Assembly: GCA_022865455.1 (NCBI GenBank)
Contig: JALHSY010000055.1
Span: 3,965-67,964 of the forward strand
DNA: 64,000 bases
Reading direction: 5' to 3'
Source of the DNA: Candidatus Bathyarchaeota archaeon
GTDB taxonomy: Archaea; Thermoproteota; Bathyarchaeia; Bathyarchaeales; Bathycorpusculaceae
The notes beneath the pieces were generated by a model that ran no database searches, was not told where the DNA came from, and saw only the letters and a program-made list of their open reading frames with translations. A program made the translations under genes and the position numbers. Of this stretch, positions 51,401 to 60,911 are shown piece after piece. Position 1 is the first letter of the stretch. The number at the start of each line of letters is the position of its first letter.

Positions 51401-53688
51401 ACTTCTTCGAGGTTGCGTTGGTTTTTTCTAGTGGATGCTGCAAGGTCTAGGACTACGTTATATTCTAAGTATCGCTGGTATGCTTCGTCGGCATCTGTGG
51501 TCTTGACATATTTGCCTTTTGCTCGGGAGTAGTCTGGGATTACGCCGTTTTTCTCCATCGTTTTGAAGATTCTTGTGCCCGTATGGTTAAGACCAAGTTC
51601 TTTATCTGTTCCTTCGACGAAACCTCCATCAATGAGTGCGTAGTAGAGCGCTTGTCTAAAGCGGATTCTTTTTTGCAGGTTATTCATGTGCGCCGCCTGC
51701 AAAGCAGTGTCTTGTCTGCTGTCTGAGAAGGCGATTAGTTTTCTTTCGTTAATTCCCAGTTTAGAAACGATACTTGAGACAAGAACGTCTGTTCCTGTGC
51801 TTCTGCCGATTGAGCCGAAGGTGAAGAGTTTGCTAAACTCACGTGGTTTTCTGTCGTAATATACTCCACAAGTGGGGCAGAAAAGAAATGGGGCTGAAAC
51901 GAGGATTACTTCTAGCTTGTCTTTACAGTTGCAGGCCGCGTCTATTTTGTTGCAGTCCGGGCAATAGGCAGTTTTGTAGGGTTTGGCTTCTTCATGGCTT
52001 TCTCTGAGTTCTTTTTCGCTGTCGAACCATTCTGTTGGAAACGGCACGGCGTTTTCGTCATAGGTTCCAATAAGTATGTAGGCGTTTTTGCCTTGTGTTT
52101 CTACCATGTCGATGTCTCTGGGGTAGAGAGTGTTGTCTTCGGCTATCGTTACGCCGTAGAATTCTTGGCCACATGAACGGCAGAAGTTAAGGGGAAAAGT
52201 GACTCTTGTTTTGGAGGCTTTGGCGCACGTTGGGCAGGTGCTTTCTCCTCTTTCGTTGAGATGTGGTCCTTCTTTTGTTAGGCAGGTTGTGATTGTTTTG
52301 CCTTGGGAGAAGAATGTGTGAATTTTCGGAACGAATTTGGGTTGTTGGGTGCCGAGGATTTCTACGGTTCCGACTGAGCCTGCGAGGAGTGCTGCTTTGA
52401 GTTCTTTTGTGCAGTCTTCCATGGAGGAGGTTGGTCGGTGTTTTTCCTTGTATTCCTTGAGTATTGTTCCTAGCGATAGGGAGTTTTCTGAGAGTTTGTC
52501 TTCGAGGAATTGGACTGTTTGTTGGGAGGATAAAATTGTGCCTAGCGCTTCTGGTGTTTTGTCTTTGTTAGCTATTTCCGTGCCTGTTAGTGATTCTGCT
52601 AGGGTGATGGCTTTTTCGAGGCTCCCATCGAATTCTTCTACCATGGCGTTTGCAACTTGGATTGTTGACGGGAGTGGTTCTGGGTTGGATCTGGGTGTTT
52701 TGAGGTAGTGTTCTCCGATTACGTGGGTTGGTTGGAATTCTTCGCTGAATAGGTTTTTTGCAAATTGAGCGATTAGCTCTTCGCCTTTTTCTCCTTTTTC
52801 ACTTTGGACAGTTGCGCTTGTGCCAATGCATCTGAGCGTGCCTATGGTCCCTGTGCGTTGTTTAAGTCGTCTGATTAGGCAGGCTACATCTGCGCCTTTC
52901 TTGCCTGAATAGGTGTGAATTTCGTCCAAGACGAGGAATTTGAGGCGGCCCTTGTGTTCTTTGGGAAAGAGTTTTCTGTCTTCAAAACGTGTTAGAAGCA
53001 GTTCAAGCATGACGTAGTTGGTCATGAGTATGTCCGGTGGGTTTGCTTGTATTTCGTCTCTGGACAGAAGTTCGCTGTCATAGGGTTCGTCTCTGCCTGT
53101 GGCTGTTTTAAGTGCTGCTCTTGCTTCTTCGGGACTGTTTTTTGTGTCGCCTGTATAGAGACCTATTTTTAGTCCTGTGCCATGTAGCCTTTGTGAGAAG
53201 TCTTCGTATTGGCTGTTTGCCAACGCGTTCATTGGGTAGACTATTATTGCTTTTATCCCGCTTAGCCCTTGGTCTCGCATTCTGAGGCATTCATTGATAA
53301 TTGGTATGCCAAAGCAGAAGCTTTTACCTGAACTCGTTCCTGTCGTGACAAGAGTGTTTGCGTTGTCCCTTAGAATCGAGAGAACGGCTTCACTTTGATG
53401 TTTGTAAGGAGTTATTGGCACATTTGCTAGTTTTCCATATGGATCTTTTCTGGCGAATATTTTGAGGGCATTCCTGTGAAGAATGTTATCGTCCACTAAT
53501 TTTTGGAGACTATCACCTTGCTCAAATCGGCGATTAAGCTGAATATAGGGATCTTTCCAAAGAAGAGTACCCTCAGCAATCTTCTCCTGAATCCACTCTT
53601 GAATGATCGGATTTCTAATTCTCTGGAATGTATTCACATATGTTTTGTAGGATTCCTGTACGTGCGCTAAAGCTTCAAAGGGGTTCAT
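48433..53688 (-). CDS. DEAD/DEAH helicase-DUF1998-PD-(D/E)xK (DUF559-like) fusion; DrmA+DrmB-like (or DruE-like)
   Basis: 1751 aa with TTGTSSGKSF (Walker A), LVLDEIHTYSG, YAQRAGRAGR and several CxxC pairs. CNKACYECLLNYYNQREH is typical of the DUF1998/MrfA Zn domain. The C-terminus has KPDFYY..ITVFVDGPAHD...LGYRVYVI. Confidence 0.9.
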   Translation of the reverse strand: MNPFEALAHVQESYKTYVNTFQRIRNPIIQEWIQEKIAEGTLLWKDPYIQLNRRFEQGDSLQKLVDDNILHRNALKIFARKDPYGKLANVPITPYKHQSEAVLSILRDNANTLVTTGTSSGKSFCFGIPIINECLRMRDQGLSGIKAIIVYPMNALANSQYEDFSQRLHGTGLKIGLYTGDTKNSPEEARAALKTATGRDEPYDSELLSRDEIQANPPDILMTNYVMLELLLTRFEDRKLFPKEHKGRLKFLVLDEIHTYSGKKGADVACLIRRLKQRTGTIGTLRCIGTSATVQSEKGEKGEELIAQFAKNLFSEEFQPTHVIGEHYLKTPRSNPEPLPSTIQVANAMVEEFDGSLEKAITLAESLTGTEIANKDKTPEALGTILSSQQTVQFLEDKLSENSLSLGTILKEYKEKHRPTSSMEDCTKELKAALLAGSVGTVEILGTQQPKFVPKIHTFFSQGKTITTCLTKEGPHLNERGESTCPTCAKASKTRVTFPLNFCRSCGQEFYGVTIAEDNTLYPRDIDMVETQGKNAYILIGTYDENAVPFPTEWFDSEKELRESHEEAKPYKTAYCPDCNKIDAACNCKDKLEVILVSAPFLFCPTCGVYYDRKPREFSKLFTFGSIGRSTGTDVLVSSIVSKLGINERKLIAFSDSRQDTALQAAHMNNLQKRIRFRQALYYALIDGGFVEGTDKELGLNHTGTRIFKTMEKNGVIPDYSRAKGKYVKTTDADEAYQRYLEYNVVLDLAASTRKNQRNLEEVGLVKVTYNGLDLLAIDDAVWKNVKPLDKLTSVERHDFLTGILDIFRSKRAIYQNDLIKQREFQTEIISKLSEECQFDIGAESPRTVIGYSDTAKKARSTLVYRLTRTKSRHMIWTQRVLGVDHDTAANVLNQVVEILSDKELAPILVQHGVKGYRGILLGQVYMIDSEYIQLQALKRTKHKVCPKCGLIQHQTTLDLCTGSDCGLLQERDFEKNYFRIAYSQPFKETVSIQAQEHSGQLDGDERKKIEAKFRNPADPLNVLVCTPTMELGIDIGELSAIYMRNVPPSPSNYAQRAGRAGRKSQPSIITTFCGSGISRGPHDQYFYRFPEKIVSGKITSPRFMLDNKQLITTHLHSLILETMETKLKTGIGEFLNLDEPGYPILPDYKNDLTRKITESKTRILESAKSAFSLEMVNYPWFTEAFINNTIDSFPENLENALEYWRKEYAALDREHQDLSAKNRKEGPSSQDKNRTTAIEQKLKNMREGEKDFYIYRYLAARGFLPNYGFPSSNIVLSLSESDNEIQRANVIALSEFAPGNTVYYQGAKYSVNYARPKVRDQKPVREHLLICPNCSNVLRGEPAKTAAACPKCKKPLTGEHPNPNAMQLPDMYAIRKLRITSDEEERMRLGYQSSTHYEAGDQTQEYTVTSENDLSLIIQYEHNGRIIHINKGTNRNQEDGQDAGFVLCSACNRWLFGEDRIDQHIDPESNSHCPKNAQKDDIIHSIILFTVGTHDVATLKISPPKDLKQSQTEAYYLTLKEALLQGLQIALNLDESEVDGFVSKEQADPSKCDIILYETAEGGTGAIKALTTPQGLAGVVARARELLHENDPQAGCNKACYECLLNYYNQREHEKLDRNLVLPTLRKLESAQPTQVPAVNQEQKLAELLKTCESELERNVLKGIATEGLPLPDKGQQIIYDGDVRIAKPDFYYKKEKITVFVDGPAHDEDYVKKDDEEKRKKLKALGYRVYVIHHANLDEGFAKLRRAFG

Positions 53689-53691
53689 TCA

Positions 53692-56600
53692 TCATTCACC
53701 TTGTCTTTCTTCAGTTAAACTAATTCTATCATATTCTTTTAATAACTCATCTTTAGTTACAAATGATCCGTGAACTGAGACATCTTTGTCTCGAAGAATT
53801 CTGAATGAATCTATAATGTGCGCAAAATCTTCTTTAGATACCCCATATATCTTGGCAATTGTGGCATCGATTTCTATCCTTAGCTTAAATCTTTCTGGTT
53901 CATCCCAAACAAATGGTCCACCAACAAAACCGGCTTCGGTGGCAAATGCGTCAAGACTTTTTGAAGTCCAGACGAGTTTTATTAAACGATTTTCCAGGTA
54001 TGTCGCTGCACATTGCGTATATCCATCCTTCGCAATGTTCATTAGACGCAAGTCGCTTGCAGTCGGAGCAGGTAATTGCTTTAAAATAAATGAATTGAGG
54101 TTTGTTCCGCCCATTTTTTGGCGAAGAATATAATCGAAAATTATTGACGTGAATACTCCAGTGAAAAGCAACGCGTCATTAACAGGGACCTCACCTCGAA
54201 ACAGCAGAATGGATGCACTATTTCCCATAGGCATCCAGGGTATTATTGTTCCCATAGCCGATCGAGTATCGGTAGTCATGCGTGTTATATTCCTGAACGC
54301 AAATGCCCATTTATGATTCCACGAATGCTTATTGGAAACTAACTTGAAGTCCCTTTCCGAGACCCAATAACGAGAAACGATTTCGTAATCTGCATTTTTC
54401 TTCTGTTCGATTGTTGGCTGATCCGTTCCTGCTCTCCTTCTTAAGCGGTTTTCCGCATCCACTTCTTCGAATGTTGCAAATCTGTGATCCAATTGATTGA
54501 AGAGTTTTGCTTCTAGTAGCGGAAGATATCTTTCGATTTCTTTTACGAAAATGCCGTTCGGCAACAAGGTGAAACCTCTTTCTAGAAGAGCTTCTTTGGT
54601 GTTCCCTTGAAATAGTTCCGCATCTGCCGTCATATGATAAATCTGCAAATATTCAATATTCCAAGGATTCGTATTATTGTTTTCATCAATTAACACTGGA
54701 TGTTTCCTGTACAAATTCTTAACTATCTCTGCATCCCTTCGGCTTTGAAAAGTAGCCAATGTTTTTGTGTTTGGATTTATCAAAGCTATCTCTTCAGGCG
54801 TCAGAATGATTCTTCTCTCCTGATCAGATAGTTGCTCTGTATTTGAGAGTAGGAAAGCGAAATCACTCTTGGTTTGAGGATTGCTTTTACTGGCAATTGT
54901 AAGAAGACAAAAGCGTTCCACTGGAGCAACGTCAGGAAAGAGCAGCTCTCTGTTTTCAAAATCATATAAAGAACAGATTGCTTTCGAATCAACTAGACTT
55001 CCGAAGAATTCTTTCCATGTGTCATCGGTCGCTATTCCTGTCTTTACAACTATTCCGGCTCTACCTTTCCTGCCAAGAATCGACCACCCATGCTCGGAGA
55101 ACAAACCAAAAGTGTTAGTGTCGCCAACAGCAGTTAAAGGAAATCTTCCGCTTTGTCGAATAAAGGAAGCTTTTTTCTGACTTTCGATTTGCGCATGAAC
55201 CCAAAGAGAAAACAAACTTGGGTTCCTCTTTTCCAAGGAGTCAATAAGCTGTGTTCTCTTAACCTTTGATTCAGTGTTGGCAATTTCGTCATCCCTTCCT
55301 ATGAACCACTCGCGCTCTTCGATCTTGATCTTTTCCCAAGGTGGGTTTCCGAGTATACAATCAAATCCTATTTCTTCTCTTTCAAAGATGTCAGGAAACT
55401 CGAGGTACCAATGGAAGAAGGAATAGTGCTTAACCAGTTTTTCGATCATTGTACAAGTTTCTGAGTATAACTTGCTGTTTCCTTCTTTTGATACCAGTCT
55501 CAGAACCGCTTGTGTTGGAGGCGTTGGACTGTCCTCCTGGAGTGGCCAGAAGAAGGCAGCCGTCCATGCATCGGCAAGCAGAGCTTGTTGCCTCAAATCT
55601 GGTAGATTCAGTAATGCATTATATTTCCGTTTTTTCTCTTCAACATCACTTGGTGATTTTTCGGCAAACTCGTCCAACAAGGCGTGCTCTTTGGAATGAG
55701 TTGAATATTCGGTTAGATTAAATTCAACCATTAGTTTTTGGTTCTGTTCTAAGACATTAATGGCTCTGATCTTCTTTGAAAAAATCTTATCATCGCCTAA
55801 GACTGACGTAAATGCTTCTGCAGGTAAGCCTTTCTCAAGCAGCATAGGCGTAGCGCCAACTAGCGAATTGCCGCATTTTATGTGATGGTCTAAGAAGTTT
55901 AGAGGCATATCTTCTACACAAGAATTGATCCACAAAGAAACCTTTGCCAGCTCCACTGCCATCGGATTCAGATCTACTCCGTATATGCAGTGCTGGAGTA
56001 TCGTTCTTGTTGCCTTCTTGATTTCCCTATCTGGTGGCTCTGTCTGACTAGTATAGAGTTTAGCGAGTTCTCTTGCAAGATAATTGTTGGCAGCGATTAA
56101 GAAAGCGCCGCTGCCACACGCAGGATCACATACTTTGATAGATAGTATCGCTTCTTCTTTGTTCTTAGCTCCTGCAAGTTTTTCCTCTACAACAGGCTTC
56201 AAAGCAGTTCTGATTAATTCATCGATTAAGTGAAGTGGTGTGTAGTAACTTCCTGTCGTCTTCCGATTCATTCCTCTAGGGTCCAAAAAGAAAGTATTGG
56301 CAGCAACCTGTTCCCCTTGAACTTCTTGCGCTCTATCGAACACTCTAGGTACAAAATCTAACAAACTCTCATAAATCGAACCAATTTCCTCAACGCCAAG
56401 GTCTAAGTAGTTAATGCGTTTCAAAACCCGCTCTTCTTCTATCATTGTGAGTTGCCTGACTGCTTCAATTAGATCTTCGTTCTTGCAAGTCAAACCAGAC
56501 AAGACCGGAATTTGGGCGTCGTCAAACAAACTACCATTATGACCAAAAACCTTCAACTCTGGACAGCCATTCTTCAACATTTGAAAAGTAACCTTCAGGC

Positions 56601-57681
56601 CTTCCCACAAGTCTAAATGATCGTCTTTTCCCCGCTTAGTCTCAGAAATTTCTCGAAGACGAGTTACACTGTACTCCTCAGCATACAATGAATCCCTTGT
56701 CGGTAACATCGCTCGCTGCTCAGCAAACAATAAAAACAAAAGTCTATAAACAACATGCAAAAGTTCTGAATAGTACGCCCTGCAGAACTCCTCATCTGCA
56801 ATCATTTTTTTGGATATATCGGGCGTCAAGAAGCCATTGCCTAATGCTTCAATTGCTTTTTTCACATTCAGCCGAAGATTCTTGCCAACCGTTACTCCTG
56901 CTGCTCGGCTCTCCTTGTAGAATTGTTCAAGAATACAGTTACCATCTTTTTGAAGAACAAACCTGCTAGCATGTGCCATTCTGTACATTGCTCTGAAATC
57001 AGTGAAGCTCCTCTCTCGGAAGATATTCTCGATGTCAAACTCAACGTAGCCTTTAGTTGTGGTATGGTAATATTCGCGGAGAATGCGAAGTAAAATGCCG
57101 TTGGTGACAATTCCCCATTTAGAACTTTTGTTTACATTCAGATAAGCCTGCAACTCATCATGAGGACTGCGGCTTCGTCCCCTCCCAATGACTTCTCCCT
57201 CGGTTCTGTTGTTGGCTTCCTCCAAATCTTGAGAAGGGGCTACCATATGCAACATTGGCGCTCCAGCGCTAATCCAACCTCTGTGAGAGAGCCTGAACCT
57301 AAGCTTATCATCACCGTCGACAACAATTTCTTCTTTGATGAAGCCTGGATCAAAACCTAACTCCTTGAAAAGCGGAACTATCCACTTACTTCTGGCGTCA
57401 GACACATTCATCTTGAGGTAGCGATTTGACAAGGAATCCCAACGTTCACGAAGGCGATCCCAAGAATCAACAATCCACTGATCAAGTTCTGCCTTGTTCC
57501 TAGGCGCTTCTGCACTGAATGTTTCAAAGGATTCTGGCTGAACCTTTGGATTAGCCACTTTTTCTCCGCAAATAATCTCAAGAAACTCTGAGGTAATTAT
57601 GCCGCCATGAGCTGACATGTTAGAAAGCGGATTCTTCCTCAACTCAGTTCCCTCCCAACGCTGGATAGTAAACAGTAACAC
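53692..57681 (-). CDS. Large N6-adenine DNA methyltransferase (Eco57I/PglX/DrmMI-like)
   Basis: 1329 aa with TGSYYTPLHLI, VCDPACGSGAFL (motif I), IYGVDLNPMAVELAKVSLW and ILGNPPWEKIK (motif IV NPPW). The likely true start is the ATG at 57618 (MSAHGG), which removes the 38-nt overlap with the SNF2 gene. Confidence 0.9.
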   Translation of the reverse strand: MLLFTIQRWEGTELRKNPLSNMSAHGGIITSEFLEIICGEKVANPKVQPESFETFSAEAPRNKAELDQWIVDSWDRLRERWDSLSNRYLKMNVSDARSKWIVPLFKELGFDPGFIKEEIVVDGDDKLRFRLSHRGWISAGAPMLHMVAPSQDLEEANNRTEGEVIGRGRSRSPHDELQAYLNVNKSSKWGIVTNGILLRILREYYHTTTKGYVEFDIENIFRERSFTDFRAMYRMAHASRFVLQKDGNCILEQFYKESRAAGVTVGKNLRLNVKKAIEALGNGFLTPDISKKMIADEEFCRAYYSELLHVVYRLLFLLFAEQRAMLPTRDSLYAEEYSVTRLREISETKRGKDDHLDLWEGLKVTFQMLKNGCPELKVFGHNGSLFDDAQIPVLSGLTCKNEDLIEAVRQLTMIEEERVLKRINYLDLGVEEIGSIYESLLDFVPRVFDRAQEVQGEQVAANTFFLDPRGMNRKTTGSYYTPLHLIDELIRTALKPVVEEKLAGAKNKEEAILSIKVCDPACGSGAFLIAANNYLARELAKLYTSQTEPPDREIKKATRTILQHCIYGVDLNPMAVELAKVSLWINSCVEDMPLNFLDHHIKCGNSLVGATPMLLEKGLPAEAFTSVLGDDKIFSKKIRAINVLEQNQKLMVEFNLTEYSTHSKEHALLDEFAEKSPSDVEEKKRKYNALLNLPDLRQQALLADAWTAAFFWPLQEDSPTPPTQAVLRLVSKEGNSKLYSETCTMIEKLVKHYSFFHWYLEFPDIFEREEIGFDCILGNPPWEKIKIEEREWFIGRDDEIANTESKVKRTQLIDSLEKRNPSLFSLWVHAQIESQKKASFIRQSGRFPLTAVGDTNTFGLFSEHGWSILGRKGRAGIVVKTGIATDDTWKEFFGSLVDSKAICSLYDFENRELLFPDVAPVERFCLLTIASKSNPQTKSDFAFLLSNTEQLSDQERRIILTPEEIALINPNTKTLATFQSRRDAEIVKNLYRKHPVLIDENNNTNPWNIEYLQIYHMTADAELFQGNTKEALLERGFTLLPNGIFVKEIERYLPLLEAKLFNQLDHRFATFEEVDAENRLRRRAGTDQPTIEQKKNADYEIVSRYWVSERDFKLVSNKHSWNHKWAFAFRNITRMTTDTRSAMGTIIPWMPMGNSASILLFRGEVPVNDALLFTGVFTSIIFDYILRQKMGGTNLNSFILKQLPAPTASDLRLMNIAKDGYTQCAATYLENRLIKLVWTSKSLDAFATEAGFVGGPFVWDEPERFKLRIEIDATIAKIYGVSKEDFAHIIDSFRILRDKDVSVHGSFVTKDELLKEYDRISLTEERQGE

Positions 57682-60589
57682 ATAACAAATCTACTGAAGC
57701 AACAGACAAATTATCGATGCCTTCGAGCCACTGTTGCTCCCCGCGACCTTCCAAGCTCTTCTTAACCTGCCCCCTTTCGATGGCAAGCTCGGCACAACGC
57801 TCTTCAGCCCTCTTCCGCAACGCCGTTTCTAGATTCAACTTAGATAAAGCTGCACTCAAGTCCTCCTTCATTTCAGCCTCAGTTCTCGTATGAACAACAG
57901 GGATCGAACAGGAAAGCGCATTAACATCAGCCTGAGAAAATATATCACCACCATGAACTTCAAAACCAACTCTCAAAAGCTCTTCAACTATAGACACAGG
58001 ATCCGTATGAACAGCATATCTTGCAAGAAACGTGTAAACTGCAGAGACCTTAGTCGCATTTCTTGTCGCTATGCAAGCAGTACGCCCATAAATGTCCGAC
58101 TCTTTTGAGGAAAAAGTAAGCTGCTTAACGAGGTCTATCAAATTCCTAACCAGCCTATGACCCAAATCAATGACCTCAAGCTCTGGATCATCTCTGCCCC
58201 TTAATGGATCGAACGTAGCACTCTGCAATACATTCTTTTCCAGGCCTTGTGATAGGCGGCTGTCTAAAACTTCAATCCTGAAAGTGTCGTCATCACTGCC
58301 CGTGATTCGGCAGCCAAATCTGTTCAACCCACTCTTCACAAAGTTTTGGATCTGCTCTTTGCTGCCAATCAGGTTCTCTGTTTCAGTCAACCTCTTCTGA
58401 ACTTCAGACAAATCAATGCTGGACTGACCATAAAAGTTGTCATTCTTCATCCGCTGAATTGACTCATCCGAAAACGGATTAATCACCTGCTCCGGTTCAG
58501 GCGACATATCCTTAAGAAAATCATCCAAACTACGCTGACCAATCTTAACATCGTAACCCTGCTCCCTGATCAGATCCAAGACAGAAATATCGTCACCAAA
58601 AAAAGGCGGCGAGAAACCGAAATCCTGCCTAATCTGAAAAGCCTTCTCCACCAAAACCTTCAGAATAGCAGCTTCCAACGAATCGTTAACGACCATGGTC
58701 CTTATGAAAACGGTGTCTTTAGGTTGCCCATAACGGTCAACACGCCCATTCCTTTGCTCAAGCCTATTCGGATTCCAAGGCAACTCGTAATGGATTATCT
58801 GTGAAGCAACATACTGAAGGTTAATCCCTTCAGAGACGCAATCAGTTGCGACCAAAATTGCTTGAGGTGCCTTTTCAAACTCATCGAATTTCTCAGCTCT
58901 CTGTACTTCGTTCAGTGAACCATCAAGCGTGAAAACTTTTGCTTCTTTGAAGTTTCTGTGTTCAGGAATATTCTTAGCAAGATAATCCAACGTGTCTCTA
59001 TACCTAGTGAAGATAATGACCTTGGGAATCCTTCTAACCATAATGCGCAACGTATTGTCCAGCAATTCCGTAAGCTTAGTGTCTTTTGCCGCAGTAACTT
59101 TTTGAGCTTCAAGAAGAGTTTGTTCCAAAAGCCCTTTTTCCTCAAACAGCGTGCCTTTGTCTCCAAACACATGGCGTTCCATTCTTGCATCTGTTTCTGC
59201 ATCATCAATACGTTCACCCGTGTCGTTGTCCAAAACCGCGGCGCGTGCTTCTTCTTCAGTTACAGATGTCTCCTCATCAAAACGCTCTTCTTGAGCTTCT
59301 ATTCTCCTCTCAACGGTTTTCAAACGATTCTTTAATGAACAAACAAGAGAATTCGGGGAACTCAACGCACGCTTATGAAAATGAGTCACAGTCCACTTGG
59401 CTAATCTCATTCTGTAAGTGTGCTCACCACCCGCAGTAGCAAGAATGTGCCTTCCAAGCTTCTCAACCTCATTCATTACATTAGATTCCAGAGGCGAAAG
59501 CTTCACAAAAACCTCATCGGCATCCCTCTTAGGAAACGGGCTTTTGTCGCCAGTTTTGCTCATTTCTGCTTCAACATCGGATCGCCGTCGCTGACAAACG
59601 TACAACTTGGCTATATCACGATCAATCACTGGATCACTGTCGGAACCAGTTACAGCTCCAACCTCCAACATCTTAAGCAAGCTAGCGAAAGTGTCAGTAT
59701 AGCCGTTATGCGGTGTCGCAGTTAGCATGATCAGGTGTCGCGTCTTCTTGGAGAGGTCACGCATTAGTTCCCAGCGTTCCATTTTCACCTTCTGCTTAGG
59801 ATCTATTTGGTGAGGCTTTGCAACATTATGAGCTTCGTCGACCAAAATAATGTCCCAGTTTTGTTCAAGAACCTGAGCTTTTACCTCAGCCATCTTGGCG
59901 TAATCCATCGAAGCAATAAGATACGGGTAATACTCCCACGGATTAGTGCCTGGAGGCAAGCCCCGCTCCAGTGTGCGTCGATGAGATGAAGAGATTATCT
60001 CTGAATCAATATGGAAGAAATAGTCTAAAGCTTCTTTCCACTGTTCTCTAAGCATTGCTGGGCAAATTACCAAGAGACGAGAAGCTCTCTGTCTCGCGAA
60101 AAGCTCAACAACTGTCAAGCCTGCCTCTATGGTTTTGCCCAAGCCAACGTCATCAGCGATAAGCAAACGAACTCGAGGCATCTCCAACGACATGACAACA
60201 GGAACCATCTGAAACAAAACGGGAACAACTCTGCTCCGCTGAAGACTCATAAGAGGAGCAGCACCATGAATCATACTGAGGCGATAAGCCCTCAGAAGTA
60301 GATCCTGCGCAGAAAAGTTCCCCACAATCTCACTAGAAGGCGGCTCAATCCTGCCTGGAAGAACCGTTTCAAAAGGCAAATAGAACTTCCTTCGCTCGAT
60401 TGGCGTACCATCAATGCTTGTGGCAACCAGCACATCTCCCTGCACGTCATCAACACGCCACAGCCTCGACCTGAGCTCAACAATCGAGCCGAGCGACAGC
60501 TTGACCTCTTTGTTCGCGCCGCTGTCTTCTTCTTCAAACCCCTTTTTCGGCTCCAAAGCTTCGTCACCAATACCGTTCATGCACATCAA
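57644..60589 (-). CDS. SNF2-family helicase (DrmD-like)
   Basis: 981 aa with LIADDVGLGKTIEAG, ILVDEAHNVAKP, LMLTATPHNG, ILVATDCVSEGINLQ and QRNGRVDRYGQ. Confidence 0.9.
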   Translation of the reverse strand: MMCMNGIGDEALEPKKGFEEEDSGANKEVKLSLGSIVELRSRLWRVDDVQGDVLVATSIDGTPIERRKFYLPFETVLPGRIEPPSSEIVGNFSAQDLLLRAYRLSMIHGAAPLMSLQRSRVVPVLFQMVPVVMSLEMPRVRLLIADDVGLGKTIEAGLTVVELFARQRASRLLVICPAMLREQWKEALDYFFHIDSEIISSSHRRTLERGLPPGTNPWEYYPYLIASMDYAKMAEVKAQVLEQNWDIILVDEAHNVAKPHQIDPKQKVKMERWELMRDLSKKTRHLIMLTATPHNGYTDTFASLLKMLEVGAVTGSDSDPVIDRDIAKLYVCQRRRSDVEAEMSKTGDKSPFPKRDADEVFVKLSPLESNVMNEVEKLGRHILATAGGEHTYRMRLAKWTVTHFHKRALSSPNSLVCSLKNRLKTVERRIEAQEERFDEETSVTEEEARAAVLDNDTGERIDDAETDARMERHVFGDKGTLFEEKGLLEQTLLEAQKVTAAKDTKLTELLDNTLRIMVRRIPKVIIFTRYRDTLDYLAKNIPEHRNFKEAKVFTLDGSLNEVQRAEKFDEFEKAPQAILVATDCVSEGINLQYVASQIIHYELPWNPNRLEQRNGRVDRYGQPKDTVFIRTMVVNDSLEAAILKVLVEKAFQIRQDFGFSPPFFGDDISVLDLIREQGYDVKIGQRSLDDFLKDMSPEPEQVINPFSDESIQRMKNDNFYGQSSIDLSEVQKRLTETENLIGSKEQIQNFVKSGLNRFGCRITGSDDDTFRIEVLDSRLSQGLEKNVLQSATFDPLRGRDDPELEVIDLGHRLVRNLIDLVKQLTFSSKESDIYGRTACIATRNATKVSAVYTFLARYAVHTDPVSIVEELLRVGFEVHGGDIFSQADVNALSCSIPVVHTRTEAEMKEDLSAALSKLNLETALRKRAEERCAELAIERGQVKKSLEGRGEQQWLEGIDNLSVASVDLLCVTVYYPALGGN

Positions 60590-60776
60590 ACACCATATGT
60601 TTCAATTCTAGTGTGGTGTGATCTCAACGTATGACAAACAAAGATTATACGCACTTGAGCCTAAAGAAGCTTAGGTGACCTATCAAAAGAAGCGCCTCAA
60701 ACGAAGACATGAATCAAGCCCCCGTAGAAACAAAAACCCTTCTAAACACAACTGAGAGAACCACCAGTGACCAAGA

Positions 60777-60911
60777 ATGCCCACATGTCCAAAGTGTAAG
60801 AAAGAAAACACCAAGTCAGTCAAAACATGGAAATACGGCCAATTCGCAGTTCATGCGTGCACATGCGATCGAGCGATCAACTTTCGTAGAGGCGCTGCAA
60901 CTCTCGATTGA
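60777..60911 (+). CDS. Possible small zinc-ribbon protein (44 aa)
   Basis: My own translation gives MPTCPKCKKENTKSVKTWKYGQFAVHACTCDRAINFRRGAATLD. It overlaps the 3' end of the convergent gene and is speculative. Confidence 0.25.
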   Translation: MPTCPKCKKENTKSVKTWKYGQFAVHACTCDRAINFRRGAATLD

